From the NCBI GenBank assembly GCA_964019335.1, contig OZ025685.1, forward strand, positions 248,001-312,000: a stretch of DNA of 64,000 bases, written 5' to 3'. The position numbers and the translations under genes are program-made. Within the stretch, counting starts at the first letter, position 1. Every line of letters starts with the position of its first letter. Of the stretch, positions 22,525 to 33,099 are shown one piece after another. The notes beneath the pieces are model-generated. The model saw only the letters and a program-made list of their open reading frames with translations. It did not search any database and was not told the DNA's origin. The stretch comes from Diplonema japonicum (taxonomy: Eukaryota; Protista; Euglenozoa: Diplonemea).

Positions 22525-22562
22525 ACAGTGAGCACCCCCATGCACACTGAAATTTTATCGAG
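22525..22562 (+). repeat. Isolated retroposon 3'-end stem-loop
   Basis: ACAGTGAGCACCCCCATGCACACTGAAATTTTATCGAG is identical to 51382-51419 and follows a T-run. Confidence 0.75.
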
Positions 22563-23276
22563 TTTGTGCTTTTATTGAACGTGTGACTTCAGGCAAATTT
22601 GTATCTTAGTTTTCTTTTTTTTTTTCTTCTCCTTTTTTTCTTTTTCTTTTTTTTGGCTCCCCCCCCCCTTTTTTTTACTTTACCGCTCATCAAGAGAAAA
22701 AAAAAGAAGAAAAGGAAGAAAATAATGCCTTGCGTACACAGACAGAAAAGTCCCTTTTTTTTTTTCTTACCCTGTTTTTTCTTTTTTTTTTTCTTTTTTT
22801 TTTTTTTTTAGTTTCTTCAAAAGAAATGACTTTATTTTATTACCTTGTGCAACTTTGTGCCGAGCAAAAAAAAAAAAAAAAAAAAAAAAAACACTTTAAA
22901 AAAATCCCTTTTTTTTTTTAATACTCGTGCTAACAACAAAGACATAAGCCAATAATAATCCCCCTGCCCCTGCAAGTACAGAGTGGATCCGCTTCCCAGA
23001 CGTTTTGAATGACTCCTTCTTTTCTTTTATTATTATTTATTTTTTTAAAAAAGTCCAGGCCGACTCATTGTTTGCAGCCTGTCAGATACAAGTTAGATTG
23101 TATACCATTAACAAGAATACGCCTTCCCCCCCATCCCCTCGTCTTCCCCCTTTCCCCCACCATTTCGTACCTCACACCCTGATTATTATTTTCTTCTTCT
23201 TCTCTGCGTTTTCCCAACGTCACTTTTTCACGTCAAAACAACAAAAAAAAAGGGGGGGGAAGGAGAGGAGAGTGAG

Positions 23277-26200
23277 ATGGGATGCCGGAGTAGTAAAGAA
23301 ACGGAAGATGAAGTCTGTTCGAGAAGAAGCATTATCCAAGAGGAGAACACAAGCAGAAGAGCCAGCAGACTGCTGATTGTACCGGACACGCCACTGCAAA
23401 GCGAACGGAGCGAAGCGGTTTTCGAGGAGAAGAAGGAAGAGCGGCGGCAACAGCTCCTGGAAACGGCAAGGCTCTTCAGAGAACAAGTGGCGTCGGGCCC
23501 ACCAACAACCCCCAGCTCACCAGGACGAGGCAGCAAGGAAGCCGAACTCGAAAAAGAAGAAGAACTGCAACGATCGCACATCATCGAAGAACTACAAAAA
23601 CACACCGACGACCTCACCCACCTCATCATTCAAGACCGGTACACCATCAAGCAAGAGGAACAACGCAAAGAAGAAGCCTCGTTGCTAGCAGCCCTCGACA
23701 CTTTAAGAGAGCAGCGCAAACAGCGTGAGACGGAGCTTATCACAGAATACATACGAGAGGAGACTACCTGCCGAGCAACGATTGACCACCAGGAATCTAC
23801 GCACAGAGCAGCGGTGATGCTAGCACTGTCGCAGGCAACCATGTTCGACATGCTGTACAACCGTTCGCTGTCCTCGTTGGAGGCGGATGAGGTCTCGTCG
23901 CGGGATTTGCTGCATGCTGCGCATCGTGACACGCTAGTTGGTACTTCCTCTGCGTTGCTTTCTGTCTTGGAGTCCGACGAGTCATCCCCACGCGCTGCCA
24001 TCGCGCACGAGGAATGCATTGCGTTCGAATCCCTGCTCCACGACACGCGTGATACGTCTGAACGAAGACAACGCCGTGAAGAAGAATTAGAAATGTTCGT
24101 CAAACAAACCGATCTTCTCACCGGACGCGAGGAGCACGAACGCCGCATGCTCAGCTACAAGGAAACCGAGGAAGCGCAGGACCTTGAGATCGAGTCGCAA
24201 CGCAGCATGCGGCACCTGCAACACCTAGAGCTCGAGGCCAAGCTTCAGATGCAACGGGAACATGAAGAGCGGGAGCTGCACGAGCAGCAGCTTGCCTTCC
24301 ATTCCCAAAAGGAATACAGGGAGCGGTCCGTTATCACCGCAGCCGAGGACGCGCAGACTGAGGTGCTAGCAACGTACCACTCTTACATCCTTAGCATGCT
24401 CTCGCATGCCGATAGGGCCGCTGCTTACATCGTTGAAGAGTCCGCTGCTCGAGATGCACTTGTTGAGAATGAATGTGCTGCGGGGCTCCTCCTGGCGCAC
24501 ACCTTGGAGCTTCTCGCCACCATGCACGATGCGGACGTAGCTGACGCGCAGATCCGTTCTTGTGAACTGGCCGACAGGACAACCACCGCAGTTGCCATGC
24601 TAGTTGAGGCGCAAAGCTTGCAGCGGGCTTCCATAGCCTCCCTCGAGAAGGTGTCCCGCAGTGATATCGGTAACGCCTTCGACAGTGTGCTGGAGCACAC
24701 CGAGGCCACCATCAAGAAGGTCGTCCTGCTTGAAGAAGAAGAACGGCATATGAGGACTTTGACCGACGCAAAAGAGTCGGAAGCCCGCATGCTGGCCTTC
24801 ATCGAGCACACCGACTCTCTTGCACTGCACCACCAGGCACGCGAAGAAAAGAAGCTCTTTGAGAAAAGGCTGGCACTCTGCACGGAAGAAGAAGCCCACC
24901 AGCGCTTCACCGTCATCAGCACGGAAGAAGAAGAACACCAATCACATACCAAGGAAGCTGGGCGTGCTCTGGAAGCGCTGAAGCTACAGGAAGAAGAAAA
25001 TGTTAAATTGCAAGCGAAGCTAATGGCACAATGCGAGGAAGACGAAGCTCACGAGAGGCAGCTCATCTCACGAGAGGAGGCGGAGGGGAGCGTCTCTCTT
25101 AACACCGAAGCCAAGCGAGAGCTAGTTATGCTTGAACAAGAACAGCTAGAGGCTGAGATGCGAAGGCAGCGTGAGGAAGAGGAGGTCAAGCTGCTGGCGA
25201 AGAGAATCGCCATGCACACAGAAGATGAGACATACAACAGGCACATCGCAATGCGAGAGGAAGAAGAAGAGCGCCTCACCCTCTCCACAAGTGCAAGGCA
25301 CGCACTGGCTAACATCCTTCAAGAGCAGATGGAACTCGAAATGCAAAAACAGCGTGAAGAAGAGGAGGCCAAGCTGCTAGCTAAACGCATCACTCTGTAC
25401 ACAGAAGATGAGGCACACGAGAGGCAGGTGACCCTCCGTGAGGAGGAAGAGGAACACATTTCACTCACCACATCTGCCAGGCGCGGGCTAGCGAGGCTTG
25501 AACAGGAGCGGCTGGAATTGGAAATACAACAGCAACGCGACGAGGAGGAAGCCAAATTGTTAGCAAAGCGCATCGCCCTGCACACCGAAGACGAGACCCA
25601 CAAGAGGCAGCTCCTCCAGAGGGAAGAGGAGGAGGAGCGCCTTGCACACACCTCCAGCTCAAAGTTGCAACTAGCAAGGCTTCAACAGGAGGAACTCGAA
25701 CTTGAGATGCAGAAGCAACATGAAGAAGAAGCGGCCAAGTTGTTCGCGAAGAGGGTTGCTATGTATGCAGAAGACGAAACACATGGAAGGCATCTGATCG
25801 AAAGGGAAGAAGAAGAGCAATACGTTGTACATAACAGAGAAGCGAAGCAAACCATCGCGAGGCTCGAACAGGAAGAGCTGGAAAGAGAGATGCAGGAAAA
25901 GCGCGAGGAAGAAGAAGCTAGGCTGCTTGCAAGGAGGTCTGCACTATGCGCTGAGGAAGAGGAACACGATCGACAGCGGATAGCCAGAGAAGAAGGGGAA
26001 AACCGGTTGATGTACAAAACAGATGCGAGACAAACCGTCCTCAGACTCGAAGAAGAAAGGCTGATGCAAGAAGAACGCGAGGCAGAAGAAACCATGCTTT
26101 GGTTGAAGAGAACCACTCAATGCGCCGAAGAAGAAGAGCATGCCCGACAGCGTGTTGCAAGGGAGGAAGAAGAACAACGTCTTTTGCACAACAGGAACGC

Positions 26201-27227
26201 CGTTCAGACGTTAGCTGTGATACAACAGAAAAAGCTTGAGCTGCAGCAGCGCAAGGAAAGCGAAGAAGAAAACACCAGACAGGTACTGGTGTTCGTAGAA
26301 AACGAAAGATGCGAGAGAAACCTGTTAGCCAACAAAGAGGAGGAAGGCGTAGCATGCTTGAGGGCAGAGCTCGTGAATGAGACACAACGCATGGAAGCGA
26401 AGGAGGAAAAACTGGAGCTGGAAAGGGAACGCTTAGAACAGCAGTTGATTATGCAACAGGAACGGGAAGACAGGGAACAAGAGATGAAGTACCAACGTGA
26501 GGTGGAAGAGAAGGAAGCACAGCTGTTAAAAGAGGAACAGATCAAGCTTCAACAGCAAAAAGAACAGTTTGAAGCTCACCTCGTGCTGCAGCAAGAGAGG
26601 GAACGGTACGAAAAAGAGCTCAAAGCACAATACGAAAAAGAAGAAAAGGAGCAGTCACAACGGGAAGCTCGACTCGCTATGGACAGAGCAGAGTTCGAGC
26701 AACAAGTGAAGCTTCAGGAAGAGAAAAGCGCGCATGAAAAAGAAATCGAAAATCTGCAGAAAAAACACAAAAAGGAAATTGCAGCTGTTAAGAAAGGAAC
26801 AAAGGCATCACCAAGAACGAGTAAAACTTCTGCGGGATCACCGAAGAGTGTCACCTCCACCAGTTCTTACAAAGCGCCGGTTAAGCCAAACTCGAAGAAA
26901 AGTATGGCGCCCCCCTCCTCAGTCCGGAAGGCTTCCTTAACCGCTTCAACTTCTTCTCTGGGTTCTGTAGCCAGCAGTGCTGGGTTGTCCGCCAGAAGTA
27001 CTGCTACATCTAGTCGTAAGCCCGTGGTTTCTGGGGGCTCGCTCGGGGGATCTTCCACAAATGTGAAACGTCCCTCGGCTTCTCTTCTTGGAACATCTTC
27101 AAGCACGTTCCCCCGCACCCCAACAGTGCGACCCGCCACTGACGGTGCCCCCCCCGTCGCTCCACTCAAAAAAAAAATCGTCAAAAAAATCGTGAAGAAA
27201 AAACCTGTGTCAACAGCTGCCGAGTGA
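23277..27227 (+). CDS. Large coiled-coil protein with MGC acylation motif and ~60-aa repeats
   Basis: MGCRSSK start; repeats of EEEAKLLAKRI.L.TEDE.H.R....REEEEE (~24850-26250); Ser/Lys-rich basic tail. Confidence 0.85.
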   Translation: MGCRSSKETEDEVCSRRSIIQEENTSRRASRLLIVPDTPLQSERSEAVFEEKKEERRQQLLETARLFREQVASGPPTTPSSPGRGSKEAELEKEEELQRSHIIEELQKHTDDLTHLIIQDRYTIKQEEQRKEEASLLAALDTLREQRKQRETELITEYIREETTCRATIDHQESTHRAAVMLALSQATMFDMLYNRSLSSLEADEVSSRDLLHAAHRDTLVGTSSALLSVLESDESSPRAAIAHEECIAFESLLHDTRDTSERRQRREEELEMFVKQTDLLTGREEHERRMLSYKETEEAQDLEIESQRSMRHLQHLELEAKLQMQREHEERELHEQQLAFHSQKEYRERSVITAAEDAQTEVLATYHSYILSMLSHADRAAAYIVEESAARDALVENECAAGLLLAHTLELLATMHDADVADAQIRSCELADRTTTAVAMLVEAQSLQRASIASLEKVSRSDIGNAFDSVLEHTEATIKKVVLLEEEERHMRTLTDAKESEARMLAFIEHTDSLALHHQAREEKKLFEKRLALCTEEEAHQRFTVISTEEEEHQSHTKEAGRALEALKLQEEENVKLQAKLMAQCEEDEAHERQLISREEAEGSVSLNTEAKRELVMLEQEQLEAEMRRQREEEEVKLLAKRIAMHTEDETYNRHIAMREEEEERLTLSTSARHALANILQEQMELEMQKQREEEEAKLLAKRITLYTEDEAHERQVTLREEEEEHISLTTSARRGLARLEQERLELEIQQQRDEEEAKLLAKRIALHTEDETHKRQLLQREEEEERLAHTSSSKLQLARLQQEELELEMQKQHEEEAAKLFAKRVAMYAEDETHGRHLIEREEEEQYVVHNREAKQTIARLEQEELEREMQEKREEEEARLLARRSALCAEEEEHDRQRIAREEGENRLMYKTDARQTVLRLEEERLMQEEREAEETMLWLKRTTQCAEEEEHARQRVAREEEEQRLLHNRNAVQTLAVIQQKKLELQQRKESEEENTRQVLVFVENERCERNLLANKEEEGVACLRAELVNETQRMEAKEEKLELERERLEQQLIMQQEREDREQEMKYQREVEEKEAQLLKEEQIKLQQQKEQFEAHLVLQQERERYEKELKAQYEKEEKEQSQREARLAMDRAEFEQQVKLQEEKSAHEKEIENLQKKHKKEIAAVKKGTKASPRTSKTSAGSPKSVTSTSSYKAPVKPNSKKSMAPPSSVRKASLTASTSSLGSVASSAGLSARSTATSSRKPVVSGGSLGGSSTNVKRPSASLLGTSSSTFPRTPTVRPATDGAPPVAPLKKKIVKKIVKKKPVSTAAE

Positions 27228-27294
27228 CAATAATTCCCCCCCCCCCCTTTTTTTTCCCCCTTTCGGCAGCTTATATCCCAAAGGAAAGCCACCT

Positions 27295-27370
27295 GGGTAT
27301 CAAAACCCCCCCTAAAAACCCATGCATGGGAAACTGAAAAAACCACCTTTGCATGGTGCTTTTGATACCC
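27295..27370. mobile_element. Short TIR element (MITE-like)
   Basis: GGGTATCAAAA ... TTTTGATACCC perfect 11-bp inverted termini with internal palindrome CCCATGCATGGG. No clear TSD. Confidence 0.5.
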
Positions 27371-27472
27371 TAGGGCTATGTTAGCAAGGAAACGCGTTTC
27401 CAAGCTTTTTTTTTTTGAAAATAGGAAAACGGATACGGAAACAGTTCCCCGCTTCTTGCCAACATAGCCCTA
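27371..27472. mobile_element. MITE with TAGGGCT termini (hAT-like)
   Basis: TAGGGCTATGTTAGCAAG ... CTTGCCAACATAGCCCTA (17/18 TIR match). Same terminal 8 nt as the 1458-1542 element. Confidence 0.7.
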
Positions 27473-27990
27473 ATGGGGGGGGGGGGGGTCTAAAGGAGAA
27501 AGAAAAGGGAGAAAATAGACAGAGAGAAAAAAGACTACTTCCGATGTGAAGTGTTCCGAAATAAAAGTTTATTCCTGCCCCTTGGCTCAATATTTTTTTT
27601 ATTTTTTTATTTTACCGACTCACCGACATGTTTGCCCCCCCCCCCCCCCCCCCAACCCAACCCAACCCCCCCTGTCTTCCATATAAAACTCTATTGTCAC
27701 TGGACGGAACGGTCGTTCTTTTTTATTTTTTTAATTTTTTTTCTCTTCACTTTGCTATGTGTGTGATCTTTGATCAAACAGGACAAAAAAAAAACAAAAC
27801 AAAACAAAAGAAAACAAAAAAAAAAACAACAACAACAACAACAACAACAACAAACACAAAAGCCACCTCCACCACCCCCACCCCCAATCTTTCCTTTTCT
27901 ACATTTTTTCTTCTTTGCCGACAAAAACAAGAGAAATCCGGGGGGGAAAAAAAGGAAACAAAAAAAAAGGGGGGGGGGAGGGAAAGAAAC

Positions 27991-28458
27991 ATGATACGAA
28001 TAGGGTGTCTCCGCTGCTCGAGAAGTGCAATAAGGCAGGCAAGGTCAGCACATGAGAAACGAGTGCCAGATGGAGAATTTAAAATACCACTTGAATTGGA
28101 CGATTTTGGGGCTTCTGAGTTTTTGAAGGTTCTGAAGCGGCCGAAGAACACAGAGGTGGACGCGGTACGGAAGGCGAGGGCAAGGCTCAGCAAGACAGCT
28201 GTGTCGATCTCTTCTTTGGCCGCCTGCTTTTCGCTTGCAGGCCTGCCCACCCCCGCTTTGTGCCTTACAGCAGCAGCTCCTCTCGTACTGGACCTAGTGT
28301 CCAGAACATCCCAACCACCCACCCCAAACTTCTACCTTCAAATGTTGATCCCTCTGGGTGCAGGTTTCGGGCTGTATGTGCTCCTTGGTGGCGATCCGCT
28401 GCTGACCATATTCATCCAATTCTTGTTGTGCTTGGCTGCAATACACTTGCAGGCGTGA
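27991..28458 (+). CDS. Hypothetical small membrane protein, possibly mitochondrial
   Basis: Arg/Ser-rich leader MIRIGCLRCSRSAIRQARS and several hydrophobic segments. Normal-complexity island between homopolymer spacers. The 3' end could be extended by splicing. Confidence 0.55.
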   Translation: MIRIGCLRCSRSAIRQARSAHEKRVPDGEFKIPLELDDFGASEFLKVLKRPKNTEVDAVRKARARLSKTAVSISSLAACFSLAGLPTPALCLTAAAPLVLDLVSRTSQPPTPNFYLQMLIPLGAGFGLYVLLGGDPLLTIFIQFLLCLAAIHLQA

Positions 28459-28684
28459 GTGCATGGTAATGTAGATAGTTGAGTGTGTTTTTCTTCTTCT
28501 TTTTTTCTATAACCCTTATGCGCCCTTATTATTATTATTTTTTGGTTCCGAAGTATGCATTTAGGTGCTAAGGGTGCTTGGGGTTGTTGCCTCATCTACA
28601 GGAAGAGAATCACAGAAAGTGGACCCGTCCTGTCTGTCAGACCAAGCAAAGGGTAGCATTGTTTCTGAGTATTGGGCGCATAAG

Positions 28685-28736
<52 letters not shown>

Positions 28737-29128
28737 CCTTTCTTTTCTTTTACCTATCTGCCCTTTTTTTTAAAAAAAGAAAAAAGCTTTTTTGGAAGAA
28801 GGCAAGTCTTTTGACTTGCAGAGAAAAAAAGGGGGGTTTTTTTTTTTGGCAAGTTTACGGGGTTATAAACTTCAACGGATTTTACCACCCGGCAGCGTTC
28901 ATGCTACGGCCAATTCCCCCCCCCCCCCCCTTTTTTTCCCATTGATTGTTTCAAGCTATGGTCTGGGTTATAAACTTCTACTGATTTTTTACCGCCCACC
29001 TCCCCCGTGTTAAACGAAGGTAAATGAACGATTTTGTTTCTCTCTTTTTTTTTTTTTTTTTTTTTATCTGGTGAATTGAAAAAAATAAAAAATAAAAAAC
29101 GTGAGTTTATGAAAACGAAGTAAAAAAG

Positions 29129-29185
<57 letters not shown>

Positions 29186-30812
29186 TTTCTATTGAAGGTC
29201 TCAGTACCCACAGCTAGCCTTATTGCTTATCGAGACAAAAACAAAACCTTAGTATAAGAAGGATGAGAAACAAGGAAGAAAAAAAAAAAAAACGAGAAGA
29301 AGAAGAGAAGAAAAAAAAAAAAGAGAGAACATAATTCGTATCTGCAAAACAAATCGTTCGTACCATTATCCTTGAAAGAGAACTACGAAACGTTTTTTTT
29401 TTTTCTCCCCCCTCCTCCCCAATTTTCTGCGGCTTAGGCAATGAAAAAAAAAAAAAAATTACCTAAAGCCCCTGGGGTATTTGAAAGGCAAGGAACAAAG
29501 GAAACTATTACCCCCCCCCCCCCCCCCAACAGGGGTTGAAGGTCACTGTGCAGATGTGATGCTCTATCCCCCCCCTTGGGCTTTAAAAAAAAAAAAAAAG
29601 AACAAGTTTTTTTGTTTTGGTTTGCAAAATTTCTCGTTTTTTACGGTAAAGCTGTATAGGTGTGGGAATGGGAGGGGCGGGGGAGGAGAAAATTCTCAAA
29701 TAAAGAAAAAATCAAACGAGAGACCCGAACAGCTAGTTGTCCCTCTGGTGTGATGTTTTCTCCGTCTTCTTTTTTTACCTCGCTCGCCCCATCCCGTGCT
29801 TTTTTTTTTTTTTTTTATTTTTTCCTTTCTTCCCCACGTCCTTTCGTGCCTTCCCCCTCTAAACACTTTTGCTACCTGAGGAAGTAAGACAAATCTATCC
29901 TTTCCCCCACCCCCTTTTTTTGTGTAAAATCTTTGCCGGACCTAAGTTCTGTACCCCCCCCCACCCCCAAACTGACTTTTTGTACCAATAAAAAAATAAG
30001 TGGTATGGAAAAAGAACAAGATATGTCACCCCCCTTTGTTCTCTCTCAGCGAGAGAGGGAAAAAAAAAAAAAAAAGAAAAAAAAAAAGACATTTTGTTTG
30101 TATGCAATTGCACACACAAAGTAGCTTTTGTTTTTATGGGTTTCGAAAAAGTTTTTTTTTTTTAAAAAAAAGAAAGAAAACAAAACAAAACAAAAAAAAA
30201 TGCCCTTCTTTTTTATGGGAGGGGGCGGTAAAAGCCTTGTAGCCGTCAGTAGCAGGTTAGAAGTCCACATCTCCTAATATCCTGTTTTACTACCTCCACT
30301 TCCCTCCCTACCCCGAAGACAGGCCACCTTTGTTAGCCACAAAAAGTGACTCTGGGCCCCTTTATTTATGTTTCTCTTTTATTTTACACACTAAAACACC
30401 CCATTCCCCTTTCTGGTCACCCTACTCTTTCACCATCGGTTAAAAGAACTTTTTTTTTGGGGGGGGGGGGGGGGGGGGGCAATTCAGTTAATACCAAGAA
30501 AAAAAGAGAAAAAAAACCTTTGGAAATTCAAAACCCCCCTCAGAAAAATGAATTTCTGACTTTTTTTTGTGGTATCGGAGAAAGTGCCCCCCCCCCCCCC
30601 CTCCTCTATTTTTTTTTTAAACCTCTTTTTATTTATTTTATAACCCTTTTTTTTATTCACCAATCCCCTCGTCCCCACACAAAGAAGAAGATTCTACTTT
30701 TTTTTCCCCCCTTTTTTTTCTTTTTGGTTTTTTTTTTTTGTTTTCTTATTTTTATTTCTTCTCCGTAACACCCCCACGCCATGTCAAAAACAAGGGTGAG
30801 GAAAAAAAAAAA

Positions 30813-30907
30813 ATGGACGAATCTGAGCTGCTGACGGCTTTACAGGCAATTGTAGAATTGATTAAGGAGAGCAGAGCAACGACATTTCAGGTAACGAATA
30901 AGGGGAG

Positions 30908-30939
<32 letters not shown>

Positions 30940-31814
30940 ACACAGGAACTTGAGGATGAAGTCAAAAGCGTAAAGGGCCACGACGAGGCGGGAAGCCTGC
31001 ACTCTCTGGCGGTGGGGTCCGCCTGCGAAATCTTCCGGCAATTCATCACCCGGTTGACCGACCAGCAACTGGCGATGGACTTCAAAGCGCTAAAGGAAAT
31101 CCTTTACAAACGAGCAGTGGCCTTCTTAGAAACCTCGAAAAAAGCAAGACAAGTGGTATACCTCCCCCTTTATATATTTTTCATCCCCCCCTCCCCCCAA
31201 AGATCGCGGAACAGCTAGCACCCTTCCTCCGAGAAAACTCATGTCTACTTGTTCACGGCTTCTCCAGAACGGTCTTCACCGCGGTTGCCCACGCAGCAAA
31301 AACGAGAAGGCTTCGTATTTACGTAGCAGAGGCACGCCCTACATGTGAAGGGTACAAGTTTTTAAAAGCACTCCAAGATCTAAAGGACGCTGGGCAGCCT
31401 TGTGCAGTAGCTGCAGAGCTGATACCGGATACAGCAGTAGCCAGTCTGATGACTAAAGTGGACGCTGTGCTCTTGGGAGCTGGTGTCGTTACGGAAAATG
31501 GAGGAATAGTCAACACGGTGGGGACCTACCAGGTGGCGGTTCTCGCGAAGACTTTGAGCAAACCTGTCTATGTGTGCACGGAAACGTTGAAGCTCACTAA
31601 GATGTACCCTCTTGACCAGTCGGAGCTGCCGCCAGCAAGGTCTCCTCATTTTCACCTCATCGAGCAAAACTCGCCACCTAAAACTGGCGACTTCAAACTT
31701 TGCGATACCAGTGTTGATTACACCCCACCTCAGTACATTACCCAGATTTATACCGATCTTGGGATCATGACTCCTGCCGCGATGTCGGATGAGCTGCTCA
31801 AGCTGTACACATGA
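30813..31814 (+). CDS. EIF2B1: Translation initiation factor eIF2B subunit alpha, 3 exons
   Basis: Motifs LVHGFSRTV, IYVAEARP, VDAVLLGAGVVTENGGIVNTVGTYQVA, VDYTPPQYITQIYTDLGIMTPAAMSDELLKLY. Introns 30891-30945 and 31156-31202 (alternative donor 31153). Confidence 0.92.
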
Positions 31815-31951
31815 AGAAGAAAAAAAAAGAGTGCGGGAATTTTTTTTTTTTTTTTTTTTTAGTGTGTTTTCTTATTTGAAAAAAAGAAAATCAGATGAGA
31901 GTGAGGGGGAAAAAAAAAAGAAGTCGAGGTGCCGCTTTTCGTCTGGCGTTT

Positions 31952-31983
<32 letters not shown>

Positions 31984-32080
31984 CCTGATTTTGGAAAAAA
32001 AAAAAGAATACAAAAAAGGGAGCCCCTACACCTTGGGTGGAAAAAAAAGAAAAAAAAGCGGAAAAAAAGAGAGAGCATAG

Positions 32081-32286
32081 ATGTCGGAGACGGAGCAACC
32101 AAAGGGGGAACAGGAGGCGGAGAGGAAGATAAAGGTGATTCTTTGCGGCGACTCGGCCGTGGGAAAGAGCAAGGTAAATTTCATATTTTTCTAATTTTTA
32201 TTACACACCAGTTGGTTGAGCGGTTTTTGATGGGACATTTTTGCCCAATGGTCCAGTCGACCCACGCTCTGACTTGGTTTACGTAT

Positions 32287-32338
<52 letters not shown>

Positions 32339-32821
32339 TACTCCGCTGAAAGGGATGGTGAAAAGATAAAAGTGGATTTTTGGGACACGGCTGGGCAAGA
32401 GCGGTTTAATGAAATGCACCCCAGCTACTACCACGGGGCGCACTCCGCCATTTTAGTTTTTGATGTCGAACGAAAGCCGACTTACAAGAATTTGGAAAAA
32501 TGGCTCACCGAGCTTCGGCAGCAACGGCCCGAGATCCCCGTGCTGGTCGCGGCGAATAAGATAGACCTTGATATGGATGTTGTGAAGAAAGAGTTCAATT
32601 TTTCCAGAAAGCACGGCCTCAAGCAACATTACGTCTCAGCAGCCACCGGTATGAACGTCGTCGCTATGTTCGAAGCAGCAATCGACGCCGCCATCAGCTA
32701 CGTGAAAGATACAAATAAAACTGATATTACAGAGCTTGCTCTTGAGCTCCTTGGGGAGTCTGCTTTCAAAGACGCGCCTGAGGAAGAGGTGAAAAAAGAG
32801 GAAGACGAGCTGGAGAAATAA
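32081..32821 (+). CDS. RABL2: Rab-like 2 GTPase, 3 exons
   Basis: KVILCGDSAVGKSKLVERFL, VDFWDTAGQERF..MHPSYYH, ELRQQRPEIP..VAANKID, VSAA; no prenylation motif. Introns 32174-32211 and 32283-32337. Confidence 0.92.
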
Positions 32822-33099
32822 TTTAAACCCCCCCCCCCCCGCATGTGAAAAAAAAGGAAAAAAACTTTTCCCTTGCCCCCCCCCCTTCTAAAAAAAGAAA
32901 AGATTTTTTTTTAAGCACTCTTTTATGGTTTTTTTTTTTGGTGGTGGGGGGAGGTGTCCTTCTCCCCCATCATATTCTTTTACTTTTAAAAAAAATGGTT
33001 TTTTTTTTTTTCTTTTCTTTTTTTTTTTTTAATATTGAATATTCCCAACTGCAACACAGTTTTACAATTCAAAAAAAAACCCCCCTTCGCTACGAAACC

